A stretch of 64,000 bases of DNA, from assembly GCA_973895155.1 (NCBI GenBank), contig OZ316892.1:4858510-4922509 (forward strand). Direction: 5' to 3'. Position 1 is the first letter of the stretch; each line of letters begins with the position of its first letter. Position numbers and translations under genes: made by a program. The notes under the pieces are model-generated. The model was not told where the DNA came from. It made no database searches and was given only the letters and a program-made list of their open reading frames with translations. This stretch comes from Marsupella aquatica. Lineage: Eukaryota; Plantae; Marchantiophyta. Shown piece after piece: positions 11,405-24,200 of this stretch.

Positions 11405-14400
11405 ACTACAAGGCTCTGCATTAGCAAAGGAGACAGAAATTCAAGTCTTAAGAGACAATCTTTGGGCTCTGAAGCTGGCAATAATTAGTGACTATGCAGA
11501 CTCAGATCTTAGAGACTATGCAACGGCGGAGGAAGCAATGCGGAAGGCCGAGCACGAAGAGGCTGAACACGGCAGGAGGCTCTCAAGACTACGATGGTTA
11601 GGGCAAGGGGACGAGCCGTCTAAGTTCTATTTTGCCAACATTAAAGCAAAAAGGAACCGAGAAACCATGGATTCATTGCTCTTGGAGGACGGGACAGTGA
11701 TAACACAAGCCACTAGGATACTGGAAGAGGTAGAACAGACCTTTGCAGATCTCTACAAAGCGGATGAAGAGGTTGCACGTTGCGACTCTTTGGTTGTTAG
11801 GGAGGCCAAACGCGTCCTCCTTATGAATACCCATAAAGCCCTATCAGCCGACGAGATCCACCGGCTAGAAACCCCCGAATTTAGAAGAAATTCGATCCAC
11901 TCTATGGCTTCTACCACTCGACAAAGTCCCCGGGCCGGATGGACTGACGGCGGAGGTGTTTCGCCACTGCTGGGATTTTGTTAAGGAGGATATGCTCGAC
12001 ATGATCCTTGAATTGTGGCGTACAGGGGCTCTTACTTCGCACATCAAGGAAGGAATCATCAAGCTTATTCCCAAGAAACCAGACAAACTTCGTCTCAAAG
12101 ACTGGAGACCGCTCACAATGCTCAATACTGTCTACAAGCTGATTGCAAAAATTCTTGCGCTGCGGCTTAAACCACTTCTACGGAAGCTCATCAGCCCACA
12201 GCAAACGGGATTTATCCCTGGCCGACACATACTAGAGAACATCTCTGTTGCGTGGTTGACTGTGGACTGGGTCACCCATTGAAAACAGGAGTCGCTATTC
12301 CTGCAACTAGATTTCGAGAAAGCCTTCGATCGTGTCTCTCACTCGTACATCTGGGAGACCATGCACATACTCGGCTTGGGACCCCACTTCATTAGTCTTG
12401 TCAGATCACTCATTAGCAATGCCAGTTCTCAAATTCACGTAAATAGGTGCTTTTCTAAGGATATTCTGATGCGGAGAGGAGTACGCCAGGGCTGCCCGCT
12501 CTCTCCTTTGCTTTTTGTTATTGCTACTCAGCCTTTGATGGACCATCTTGACACTGCAATGTTGACCGGGAAATTCAAGGGGGTGCAGATTTCTGAAAAT
12601 CTTATCATCAGCTACAGGCTCTTTGCTGATGACGTGGGTCTATTCATTCCTGCATCCGAAGAAGACTTCAAAGGAGTAATGGAGGCGATTTTGTGCTACG
12701 AACTGGCTTCAGGAGCTAAGTTGAACCTCCTCAAGTCTACTGTCATCCCGTTGGCTTTGGAAAACCCTCCTGGGTGGTTAATTAGCATGGGGTGCAAAAT
12801 CAGCAAACGGGGAGAGGTCCAAAGATATCTTGGAGCGCCTATGGGGTGGGGTCTGAACGATGCACAACTGCACACCTTCTGCCTAGACAAGATTGGTAAC
12901 AGACTCTCATCTTGGGCTAATCGGTTCCTCTCTTTCACTGGCCGGACTATACTTGTAAAACACGTTCTGCAGGCTATTCCCATCTACCATATGATGTTTT
13001 TGCACTCTTCGAATAGTCTGGCTATCAAATTAGTAGCGCTTTGCAGAGACTTTCTTTGGGGTTACAATGCTAACGGTGGCAAAAAGATTCCTCTTGTAGC
13101 CTGGAAAATGCTCTCAACACCTAAGCTAGAAGGCGGGATCGGTATGAAGGACTTTCGAGCTCATTCCGATGCTTTGCTTTGCCAATGGTTCAATAGGGCC
13201 CTTGATTGGCCTTCCTCTGATTGGGCTAGATTGCTTGCCGCAAACCTATGTCTGGCCAAATGGCGCAATGCTAAAACCATTCGACGGAATAAGTACTCCT
13301 TCACAGACAAGCTGCTGCTCTGACATTACCCAAGGAATTTTAGTGGTCTGAGCTACACGGGCAGTATTTGGCAAGCTTGGGAGGTGCTACGTACTCACCT
13401 CATTTTTTCACCTAGAAACACTGCAGTTGCCACATGGTGGCGTGTGGAAGACGTAATACGTTGTATTGAAGGAATACAGGACCTTGGGGAGGACACAATT
13501 TGGGCTATCAACAGAACCTGCGGCAGGATTGGAATCAGAGATATTGCAGACCTGAGGGAGCCCTCTCCAGCTACCACCACCATGTACACTAACAAACTGG
13601 ATCGGGTGAGAGGTCTGGACCACAGAACTAGACTCTTGACTCTAGAATTCTTGGGCAAAGTGGGACGGCGGACGACATCCACACTGGACGGGCGTGCCGT
13701 AGCTGGGCAGTGGAGGTGGTCGGATAAACCTGAAACACTGAGGAAATTCACTTTACCAAATGCCCGAACTTACCAGTTGCTCCGACCCAAAGGGTCTGAT
13801 TACACAAGGCTTAACCGAATATGGCAAACAACACTCTCGGAGTTGGAATGGAACAAAGTATGGCTGTCGATGTGGACCTCAGACCTACCATTGAAATCCT
13901 GCACATTTGTCTGGAGAATTTTGGCTCAAGGCCTGTTCACCGGTACCCGGGCTCTCAGAATTGGGAAGAGTGACGGATTGTGCCAGATCTGCCCCTCAGA
14001 AATGGAATCCATCCTGCATCTCTTTTTTAAATGTCAATTTGCACATAGGTGCTGGAATCTAGTGTTGCAGTCTTTCCCTGGCAGTATAATTTGGCCTCCA
14101 GTAGAAGTCCTGCAACTGATTGACCAATTTCAAGGCCCCAGGTTCACACACACTGTGGTAGCATTTGTAGTATACCAGGTTCTGTGGGCTCTATGGACCG
14201 CCAAGAATGAGCATCTTTTTAATCCCCGGTCTAGTAGATCCTTCAATATGAATCTAGTGCTTTCAGAAATGGAGGACCAAATATGGGGACTTTGCGAGTC
14301 CTTTGGCCCCAGCCGCAAGCACTCGCGACTGCTTCTGGCCAAGGCCGCTGTGGCACTGGAGAGACAGCGGTGGATGGGCCGAAGGGATGCCTATGTAACC

Positions 14401-14409
14401 TGGCAATAG
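11405..14409 (+). pseudogene. LINE ORF2 (reverse transcriptase plus C-terminal zinc-binding region), disrupted
   Basis: KSPGPDG, WRPLTMLNTVYKLIAK, QTGFIPGR, LDFEKAFDRV, GVRQGCPLSPLLF, FADD and CQIC...ESILHLFFKC. Frameshift near 11875; stops at 12280 and 13321. Confidence 0.92.
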
Positions 14410-14713
14410 CATTAGCACTCACTTCCTACTTGTCTCTCAGCACGCCTGTATTATTGCTAGTAGACTACTGCCTGCCCCTAGTTAGGGTTACCTTAGGGCA
14501 TGCCTGCCAGTATCTCCGCTCTGGTTATAGGATAATGCTCTTTTAGTCTCAGAATTAGAATTTTGCCTGATGTACTATGGCATTGATGAGTGAGGCTGCT
14601 GGTACTCTTGCTTCTTGGGCCCTTGGCATCTCTTGTACTGGCTGTTTTGGCCTCCCTTCCCGTGGGGTTTCGCGGGTTATTCTATTAAATTGCCATAAAA
14701 CGGTGGAAAAAAA
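11405..14713 (+). mobile_element. 5'-truncated L1-type LINE
   Basis: 16-bp TSD AAGTCTGAATGGATGA (11389-11404 / 14714-14729), short poly(A) from 14707, ORF2 motifs present. Confidence 0.92.
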
Positions 14714-15841
14714 AAGTCTGAATGGATGAGAAGTTTGGACCCTTGAAGTGAAATCATTGTGAATGTTAAATCTTTGGTATATGTGGAAATAGATTCCTTG
14801 TTGGTGATGTTTCACATATTCCTTAGTTCTTGATGCATAGTTTTTGGCGTAACATTGTTTGTGCAAAGATTGTTACTCACCAATTATTTATGACTTCAAA
14901 TTTGATGATGATAGTGTCTCGTGACACAAAGTACCGATTGGATACAGAAGTGATTGATTACTAGTCTCCACTATGTACCTTGGAAGGAAAAATAGAGATA
15001 TATTGACGGCGTTTTAGTGATCACATCCTAGTATAGTAATCCTTTCCAAAAATATTTCTTATGGATATACCACCTAAATCATATCAAATGAAGTTATGTT
15101 GAGGAGTCACCTTGGTTGTTTCCTAACTCCCTCATCATACCTTAAGATTTTCATTGTATTTTGTTAATTCACTACAACACTATCGGCCGGTTTTGCGAAG
15201 ACAATCTCATCACAACTAACAAGCCCCTGATTTTCATCATTCTGGCCATTGCAAACATACGCGCATCGCACCACCTTCGCACTTTGTGAACCTAATAACA
15301 TCGCACGTAGACCATCGCAACGGCATCGCAACACCATGGCAAACTGCGAAGCTGAGAGGTTCGCAAGATTCAATACTTGTGCAATCCATTATACGTCGCA
15401 TAAGGTTTGCAAACATATACGCACATGTCCCGCGCGGGCGTCGATATTTGAGAAGAATTTACCATCGCATCATATTTGCGAAAGATACTGGTTCAATTAT
15501 TTTCATGGGGATTGTATGACAAAGAGCGATACCGGTGATTTCAAAAGTTTGTGAACGGTTTCGATTAGGAAAGTGCGATCCTAGAAGTATCACAAAAACT
15601 CGACATATTTGGATGTGAAGTTCTGAAGTGAATTGACTCAAAAAGTGCGACGCCTTGGGGTTTATATTGTGCGATGGGAATGAGTTCTTAAAGGGTTTGC
15701 AAAATTATGATCATAGAGGATTCAATACATTATTTGCGAGGGGTTTTCCTTGGGACCCAATGTGGAAGGCAAAATTGTTGTTTTATAAAATGGAAAAGCA
15801 TGAACAAAATGATAGGGCTTCAAAGAACCCTATACATGGAC

Positions 15842-15854
15842 AAGAGGGGGGAAA
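15842..15854 (+). promoter_or_regulatory. Putative polypurine tract upstream of family A short copy C
   Basis: AAGAGGGGGGAAA lies 2 nt before TATGATGC, the inferred start of copy C. Confidence 0.5.
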
Positions 15855-15856
15855 TA

Positions 15857-17033
15857 TATGATGCTAGGTCCGCCCTTCTAAACCTATGCTGCCTCCTCCT
15901 ACCCTAAGCTCCGGCATGACAAGTCACTCTCATGCATGTATCTCTACAAAATAACTAGAATGGGCTCTTGCGGCTCCTCTTGGTTGGCTTCTTGGTTGGC
16001 TTCTTGCCCTTATCCTTCCCAGGATCCTGTTGGTGACGGGTGCGTGATGGCCGTCGGCGCTCCTTCTCTTGCTGCTCCTCTGCCTCCTCTCTTGCAAAGT
16101 GTAATTGGACCTCCTCGGGGAGGATCGCCGCCCAGCCTTTCCAGGTGTCATCTCTCATTGGAATGGCGTTGATGGGGTCGACCTCCTCCTCCTCGGCTTC
16201 TCTCTGCCTCCTGCTCTGCTGTTCGGCTGGTTTCTTTGGTGCCGCCGACCTCATTCTTTTTGCCGGGGTGGCCTCATCGTTGTTAATTCCCTTCCTCTTC
16301 ATCTCGGCTGCCGTGGATGTCTCTCCGAGCATGGTTGCCTTTGTCCACCCCTCCGTGCTACCCTTCAACTCCCAGTGTATGTTGTTGCAGCGTTTGATGG
16401 CTTTGCGGATGCCGACGACTCTGTCTTCGCAAAACAGAAGGTCGTCGAGTTGATTGGTAGTAGGAGTCCACAAGAATTTGGCCTTGATAAGTTCTCCTCC
16501 TAAGAAGGCAGCTTTTTGCAGCTCCCACAATCGAGCGAGCTCCTGCCGTTCTCGAGCTGCTCTCTCCGATTCTTCATCCTCGTAAGTCCCAATGTACTCA
16601 GTTGCCCGCTTGAATAGGCATCCCCAAAAATGTGTCGCTTGATTGACGTTGCTCATACCCTTATCGAGTTGATAGTCGGTATCTGCTCCCCCCCTGAGTG
16701 CTTGCTTAAGCAGCTGATAGTAGTTGGCCGCCCGTAGTCGTCTGCCCAGTTCGTGCCTGCAAATGAGCCACAACTCTTCGCGAGCGGTCCTTACCCCTCT
16801 CCTCCTCGGCGTTTCTCTCCCATTGGTGACCCCTAGCCGCCGGCATTTATCGTGCCCTAACCCTAATCGTGTTCTCTCCCCTGGCGTCCTTACTTCCGGC
16901 CTCGGCTCGGGTTCCATAGTCACCCTTAATTGTTTATATTTTCTTATTTTTGTAACTATACTAAGGTGTTTCTAGGGTACACTTCCCTTTTCCCCTGTAA
17001 ACCGGGCCTAGTGATTCCTGGCTAGGCATCACA
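15857..17033 (-). mobile_element. Family A short copy (C, ~1.18 kb)
   Basis: Ends CTAGGCATCACA at 17033, the reverse complement of the family terminus TGTGATGCCTAG. 16100-17033 is homologous to the first ~0.95 kb of copies A/B. The left end is inferred from register-matched similarity to the other terminus of A/B. Strand given is the ORF strand. Confidence 0.75.
15955..16917 (-). CDS. Uninterrupted ~320-aa ORF: N-terminal part of the family A protein plus a basic tail
   Basis: MEPEPRPEVR...QATHFWGCLFKRATEYI...DDTWKGWAAILPEEVQLHFAREE aligns to the A/B ORFs, then a different tail ending KKPTKKPTKRSRKSPF*. Confidence 0.6.
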   Translation of the reverse strand: MEPEPRPEVRTPGERTRLGLGHDKCRRLGVTNGRETPRRRGVRTAREELWLICRHELGRRLRAANYYQLLKQALRGGADTDYQLDKGMSNVNQATHFWGCLFKRATEYIGTYEDEESERAARERQELARLWELQKAAFLGGELIKAKFLWTPTTNQLDDLLFCEDRVVGIRKAIKRCNNIHWELKGSTEGWTKATMLGETSTAAEMKRKGINNDEATPAKRMRSAAPKKPAEQQSRRQREAEEEEVDPINAIPMRDDTWKGWAAILPEEVQLHFAREEAEEQQEKERRRPSRTRHQQDPGKDKGKKPTKKPTKRSRKSPF

Positions 17034-19310
17034 GAAATATATGAAGAAGAGATACCACAGATGGAGGTATTGGCAGCAGAGGTGGTATGCAAGCTGGAGA
17101 AGGCCCTCCCTCCTTCCTTCTTTGATTGTCAGGTGCATCTTCTCGTTCATCTTGTGAGGGAGGTTGCCGTTGCCGGTCCGGTGCATTGTAGGTGGATGTA
17201 TTGGCTGGAAAGGTATATGGCCGTGTTAAAGGCTTATGTACGGAACCGTGCACGAGTGGAGGTGTGGAATGACACTTTGGAGCTATGGAGTGAAAATGGT
17301 AAAATTTAAAACTTTTTGGCATTAATTGAAGCTACTTCAAAGCATATTACTACCCCTTAACCTATTTCAAGCTTCAAAAGGAAGTTTTGGAGGAAAGTGA
17401 AGAACTTGAAGTTCCTGACGGAAAAATCGCTTTGGGAAACATGAGGAGAAAATCGTTTTGGCAGGAAAATCGGTTTGAAGTTGCTACAACAACTTTGACA
17501 GACGATTGCGGATCAACCCAATGTTGTTTTAAGGATATTTTTAGTGTGTTGGAAAGATATTTCCAAGAGCTACAAGGAGAGTTTAGTTTGAACCTAAAAG
17601 ACATACTTCAAAATGTCTCAAATTGATTCTTCGAGATATTCTGGCACTTGTTTCTTAAACCATTTTATATCTGTTTTACACCTCTTGAGCTTTTCCAATA
17701 GTTAGTTAGAGTAGGATATAGAGAGACATAGTTTATTACACCCTTAGGAATTAGATTTAAAGAGTCTTAAACTTATCTTACCTTTTAGGACCTTAAGTTT
17801 AGATGAGAAAAGGTTTGTAGATTTTTAAACCTTTTGGCATCTTTGAGGGAGCCTACAGTGGACTCCCAAGACAATTTTTTGTTGTCTTTTCCTTGGAAGT
17901 TAATCTTTGACCAGATTTGGGTCTTTCTCTCAAGCCAGTTTTGGGCATAGGAGGGAAGATTGAACCAGAGGAATTGTACCACACATTTGCACTTGAATCA
18001 TAACATTTATCACAAATTCATGGATGAATGTCATAGAGTCATGGATTTATAAAGAAAAGCTTTGGATTCTAGGGAAAAGAGAATTGTAGTGAATCATTCA
18101 ATGTAAAACCAATCTCTGTTGAGTATATGGAAGTTGATGAGGAATGAAAATCAAGATTACCTATTGATAAGAAGTAATCACTTATAAATTTGATGATAGA
18201 TTGAAATCCATTGAAATGTCGTTGTAGAATCGTTTGTACCAGAAAGATAGTAAAGAAATTGCTTTGAGGTTTCAAAGTGTTTAAACACCTACATAATTCG
18301 TTTCACTTATTCCTTACGGGATTGAACCTTGGTAATTAAGGACAAATTACATACATTTGAGTTATTATCACTTACCACAGGAGGGGAGCATGGCAACTGG
18401 ATACTTGGCAGCTGAGAGTATGTTTTATTGTAGTAACATCTTAGCTACCATTGATCCTAGTTGTCCATGCACTTGGATGGAAGAGAGGGAAGTGGAGGAG
18501 GACCGTTTAATAGGTGCAAAAAAACACGCTTACTAATCGCAGTGGAGTTGACACAGGTTAGTACTTTCATGTTGAGTAACAGCAATGTGATGGAAGATTG
18601 GAGAGAGTTTTATGAGGATGCAAAGAGGGAGTTGTCGCCCAAGGATCTTTCCAAAGTTCCTTGAGTATATGAAGGAGAAAGTACTTCAGTTGGATGCTAT
18701 GGTGGCCCAAGGTGAGAATGTATCACATTTTCCAGATATGACTCCTGAGGTTCGAACAATTGTTCATGGTCCTTTAAGACTTGTTCAGACCAGAACAACA
18801 ATGTGGACACAAGGGAGGCATTTCAGGATTTCTGACCTTGATGAGAAGAGGGGAAGAACTTTTGATTGTGGAGTTCAAGGGCAGTTCATGCAAGATTCAC
18901 AAAGTAGCCGTCATGACACTAATGTGATCAGAGATGTGGTGCCTCACTATGGGAAGATTGAGGAGATCTTGATCATATCCTATGATGCCGATTCCAAATT
19001 TGAATAGTATGTCTTCAAGTGTAAGTGGTTCAAAATTCACCTGGTTGGTGATAATCGCACGGTACTTCTTGATGAGTGTGGGTTTACTCGACTGAAGACA
19101 TCAGCAACTAGCTTTCAACCATCTCATTGGCAAACATCTGAACCATTTACATTCCCAAGTCACCTTGAGCAGTGTTTCTATATTCCGTACCCACCAGACC
19201 CAGAGTGGTCAGTTGTTATACCGTATGTGCCAAGGTCTCGTTCCATTATCTCGGAAAAACCTGACGTTATTATTGTGTCAAATGGAGGAGAGGATGAGGA
19301 CCAGGTTTGA
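17034..19310 (+). pseudogene. CACTA-1 TnpD-type transposase, C-terminal half, disrupted
   Basis: LEKALPPSFFDCQVHLLVHLVREVAVAGPVHCRWMYWLERYMAVLKAYVRNRARVE, probable intron ~17261-18380, then EGSMATGY...YGKIEEIL...FKCKWF...EPFTFPSHLEQCFY. Stops and frameshifts present. Confidence 0.85.
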
Positions 19311-21289
19311 TGCACTAGTAGTAAAACTTGTTGTGGGCCCAAAATTTGACCCTAAACTAACTATCATGGTTTTATTTATATTAACATATTAATTTTCTTC
19401 TTTTGTTTTACAAACACTTAATTGGACTTTGAAATTTTATCTCACTGTTATATATGCAACCCTAGCCGTTTCCAAAGCTATCCTCATGCATGCCACCTTT
19501 TTGAAAACCCTAACTGTAACCTAAACACATGCATTCTCCGTCTTGTAAAGAAACTCTCTCAAACATTTCCATTCTACAAACTTTTCAAACAACTCTCTTT
19601 GCAAAACATTTTCAAGCTTGTCAAGAAGCAACTTTTGAACACTTTGTGAATAACACACCATCGGTAATTGTGATGCCAATGGGTTCTCAACTTTGCGAAT
19701 CAACTGGCTTCGCTAACTTGCGACTATTTATACTTCACAATATTGTGCGAAGCTAATAGGTTCACAAGATATATTTGAGTACATTATTATCGCTAAATTA
19801 TGAAACAAAAGAGATCCAAATGCAGTCGCGATGGTCGCGGATCCACAAATACTTTGCGAGACTAATAGTATCTGAAAGAGTTGCGAATTCAATCCGATCT
19901 CAAACAAATTACGAGGTATTTAGCTTCGCAACACTATGTTGCGAATCTTTGAGCATGGTTTATTGTGATGCGTGTTTGATCACAAAATATCTGAAGTCGA
20001 TGATATCGCAAGACCATCCCGGCGTAAAAAAAAAGCGTCGCAAAAGGGGCCAATATGTAGTAGTGATTGATTCTATTTTGTTATTTTATTTACAATGTTA
20101 AGCAAACATTCAAATCTATGACTTGCTGAGTAATCATAGTAAAAGGCTCAACTTTATGTTTTTGTTACCTTACTCATTCAAAAGTGCTAAACAATAGAAA
20201 ATCATTCCTTACATTTTCTTCCATGGGAATGAATACCGAGTTTTGGATCTTAAATATTAATTTATGTCCCTGGTGTGATACTACACCATTGCCTTTTCAT
20301 AAGAAACCTTTGACATCAGCCCCTTCTCTATCTCATCTGTAGGACATAAAGCTGATGACAACCTGAAGTGTCACTAGTAGAAAATGGGGCCTTTTATGAC
20401 TATGACACATATGACTTATGTGCTCAAATGACAAAATATGTAAATGACATAACATAAATGACATTGAAATGACTGTCCAAAATGACGGGGTGCAAAAAAT
20501 GACTAATACTTGCAATAGTGTCATTTAAACCAATGAGCCAAATGACTTTGACTGCTATAATGACAACAATCATGAGTTGTAGTCATTTTGGACAGTCTTT
20601 GTGAATGACACAATTAACAAAAACTCTGTCATATCAGTGTTTCACATATGGGAAGTCATTTCAGACGACGGTGACTAATGACTAATAAATCAAATATGCA
20701 AATATCAGTGTTTAAAAATGTTAGTAGTCATTTAAACCAAAAGTGATAAATGACATGATAAACAACATATGACTATTTTGAGGTTTATGGTTTAGTATAT
20801 GTTTTAGGGTTTAGGGTATGATTAGTCATCCAAAATGTATGGTAGTATATATAAAGACTAGTGGCACTCACATATTAGATTTGAAATACATTTAGAGACC
20901 TAACAAGCCTTCTTTTGTTGTGAGTCTCATCATTAAATTGATGTACAACTTAAAGGCTTGATAATCTCTAATAAGTATGTACATTTAAATATATACTTGC
21001 ACCCATTCATTACATCTTTCCTATATATGCCAAGGACTCCTGAAGTGTTTACATTCCTTAAGCTGTATTCACATTTCACATGTTTGAGTATATATGGGGG
21101 CATGCAAGGTTGCCAAATAACACTCTCTAGCATAGGTCTAGGGTTTAAGGTTTAGAATTTAGGTACTACATGCCTATATTTGCTCATGTCATTTTTTTCA
21201 ATATATTATTCATTTTATTTGCAAAGGATTCCCAATCATTTTTACTCTCACTCAACTTTCTAGTCATTTGACAAGTGCCGCTAGATGTC

Positions 21290-24200
21290 ATTTATGCAAA
21301 TGTCATTTGGGATGTCAATGTTGTGGTCATGTATGCCATGCAGAATATGACCCTTAAGAGCCTTTGGTGGCTGATTGACCCCATTGGTGATAGGGGCCGG
21401 CCATTAAGGATGATACCCACTTCACATGGTGCGGGATAGGGTACTTGACAACCCTAGGCCACTAGTTATGCCACTTGGCCTCCACAACTCTTTTTAAAAT
21501 ACACATTTTGCATCATGGAAGGGCATCACCCAACTTTGGGCAAAACACTCCCAAGTTGTATGACTTTGGAGTCATTTGCCCAAAGGGGTGCAAATCATTC
21601 TAATTTGGTCATTTGCAAGGGATCTTGAGTCATTTGTGCGTGTGACTAAAGGTTTTTGTCATTTGTGGAGTGCCGAGGGGTGTCATTTAAGCAAATGACA
21701 CAAAAATAAGTCATTGATGATGTCAATGCGGCAGTCAAGCATGCCATGGACAATATGACTCCTTGGGGCCTTTGGGGGCTTATTCGCAATATACGCGATC
21801 GTAGCCGGCCATTAGGGATGCTACCCACTCCACATGGTGCGGGATGGAGTACTTGTACACCCGGAGCCACTAGTTATGCCACTTGGCCTCCACAACACTT
21901 TTTAAAACACACATTTTGCATCATGGAAGGGCATCACCCAACTTTGGGCAAAACACTCCCAAGTTGTATGACTTTGGAGTCATTTGCCCAAAGGGGTGAA
22001 AATCATTCTAATTTGGTCATTTGCAAGGGATCTTGAGTCATTTGTGTGTGTGACTAAAGGTTTTTGTCATTTGTGGAGTGCCGAGGGGTGTCATTTAAGC
22101 AAATGACACAAAAATAAGTCATTGATGATGTCAATGCGGCAGTCAAGCATGCCATGGACAATATGACTCCTTGGGGCCTTTGGGGGCTTATTCGCAATAT
22201 CTGTGATTGCAGCTGGCCATTAGGGATGCTACCCACTCCACATGGTGCGGGATGGGGTACTTGTACACCCTGAGCCACTAGTTATGCCACTTGGCCTCCA
22301 CAACACTTTTTAAAACACACATTTTACATTGCGGAAGGGCATCACCCAACTTTGGGCAAAACACTCCCAAGTTGTATGACTTTGGAGTCATTTGCCCAAA
22401 GGGGTGCAAACCACTATTGTTCGTCATTGGCAAGGGATCTAAAGTCATTTGTGCACGTGACTAAGGGTTTGTGTCATTTAGGGAGTGTTGGGAGACGACA
22501 TTCATGCAAATGACACAAAAATAGGTCATTCATGATGTCACTATTGCAGTCATGCATGGCATGGACAATATGACTCTTTGGGGCCTCCGGGGGTCGACTG
22601 GCCATATCCATGATTGTAGCCCACCATTAGGGATGCTACCCACTCCACATGGTGTGCCACAGGGTACTCACCAACCTTGGGCCACTAGTTATGCTACTTG
22701 GCCTCCACAACACTTTTTAACACACACATTTTGCATCATGGAAGGGCATGGCCCAACTTTGGGCAAAACACTCCCAAGTTGTATGACTTTGGAGTCATTT
22801 GCCCAAAGGGGTGCAAACCACTTGCATTTTGTCATTTGCAAGGGATATAGAGTCATTTGTGCGATTGACTAAAAGTTTTTGTCATTTATGCAGTGCCAGG
22901 GGATGTCATATGAGCAAATGACACAAATAGGGGTCATTCATGATGTCACTGTTGCAGTCCTGCATGCCATGGACAATATGACTCTTTGGAGCCTCCGGGG
23001 GTTGACTGGCCATATCCATGATTGTAGCCCACCATTAGGGATGCTACCCACTCCACATGGTGTGCCACAGGGTACTCACCAACCTTGGGCCACTAGTTAT
23101 GCTACTTGGCCTCCACAACACTTTTTAACACACACATTTTGCATCATGGAAGGGCATGGCCCAACTTTGGGCAAAACACTCCCAAGTTGTATGACTTTGG
23201 AGTCATTTGCCCAAAGGGGTGCAAACCACTTGCATTTTGTCATTTGCAAGGGATATAGAGTCATTTGTGCGATTGACTAAAAGTTTTTGTCATTTATGCA
23301 GTGCCAGGGGATGTCATATGAGCAAATGACACAAATAGGGGTCATTCATGATGTCACTGTTGCAGTCCTGCATGCCATGGACAATATGACTCTTTGGGGC
23401 CTCCGGGGGTCGACTGGCCATATCCATGATTGTAGCCCACCATTAGGGATGCTACCCACTCCACATGGTGTGCGACAGGGTACTCAACAACCCTGGGCCA
23501 CTAGTTATGCCACTTGGCCTCCACAACACTTTTTAACACACACATTTTGCATCATGGAAGGGCATGGCCCAACTTTGGGCAAAACACTCCCAAGTTGTAT
23601 GACTTTGGAGTCATTTGCCCAAAGGGGTGCAAACCACTTGCATTTTGTCATTTGCAAGGGATATAGAGTCATTTGTGCGATTGACTAAAAGTTTTTGTCA
23701 TTTATGCAGTGCCAGGGGATGTCATATGAGCAAATGACACAAATAGGGGTCATTCATGATGTCAATAGTGCAGTCCTGCATACCATGGACAATATGACTC
23801 TTTGGGGCCTTCGGGGGTTGACTGGCCATATCCATGATTGTAGCCCACCATTAGGGATACTACCCACTCCACATGGTGTGCGACAGGGTACTCACCAACC
23901 CTGGGCCACTAGTTATGCCACTTGGCCTCCACAACACTTTTTAACACACACATTTTGCATCATGGAAGGGCATGGCCCAACTTTGGGCAAAACACTCCCA
24001 AGTTGTATGACTTTGGAGTCATTTGTCCAAAGGGGTCCAAATCACTCCCATATGGTCATTCCCAAGCCATTTTCAGTCAATTGTGCCTGTCAGTCATTGT
24101 GTTGGTCATTTTATGAGTGCCAGGATATGTCATTTATTCAAATGACACGGAAACGAGTCATTGTTCATGTCAATGTAGCAGTCATGCATGCCATGGACAA

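Larger units (their letters stand above)
15170..20065 (+). mobile_element. CACTA (En/Spm) element 1, internally deleted
   Basis: TIRs CACTACAACACTATCGGCC and (revcomp) CACTACTACATATTGGCC. 3-bp TSD ATT (15167-15169 / 20066-20068). Both subterminal regions are dense in TCGCA/TGCGA motifs. Confidence 0.92.
10397..20285 (+). mobile_element. Family X short copy (X2, ~1.7 kb of its own sequence) hosting a LINE and CACTA-1
   Basis: TGTAATAC at 10397 and GTGTGATACTACA ending 20285. TSD CCACT/CCATT (4 of 5 match). Collinear with X3/X4 once nested inserts are removed. Confidence 0.88.
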
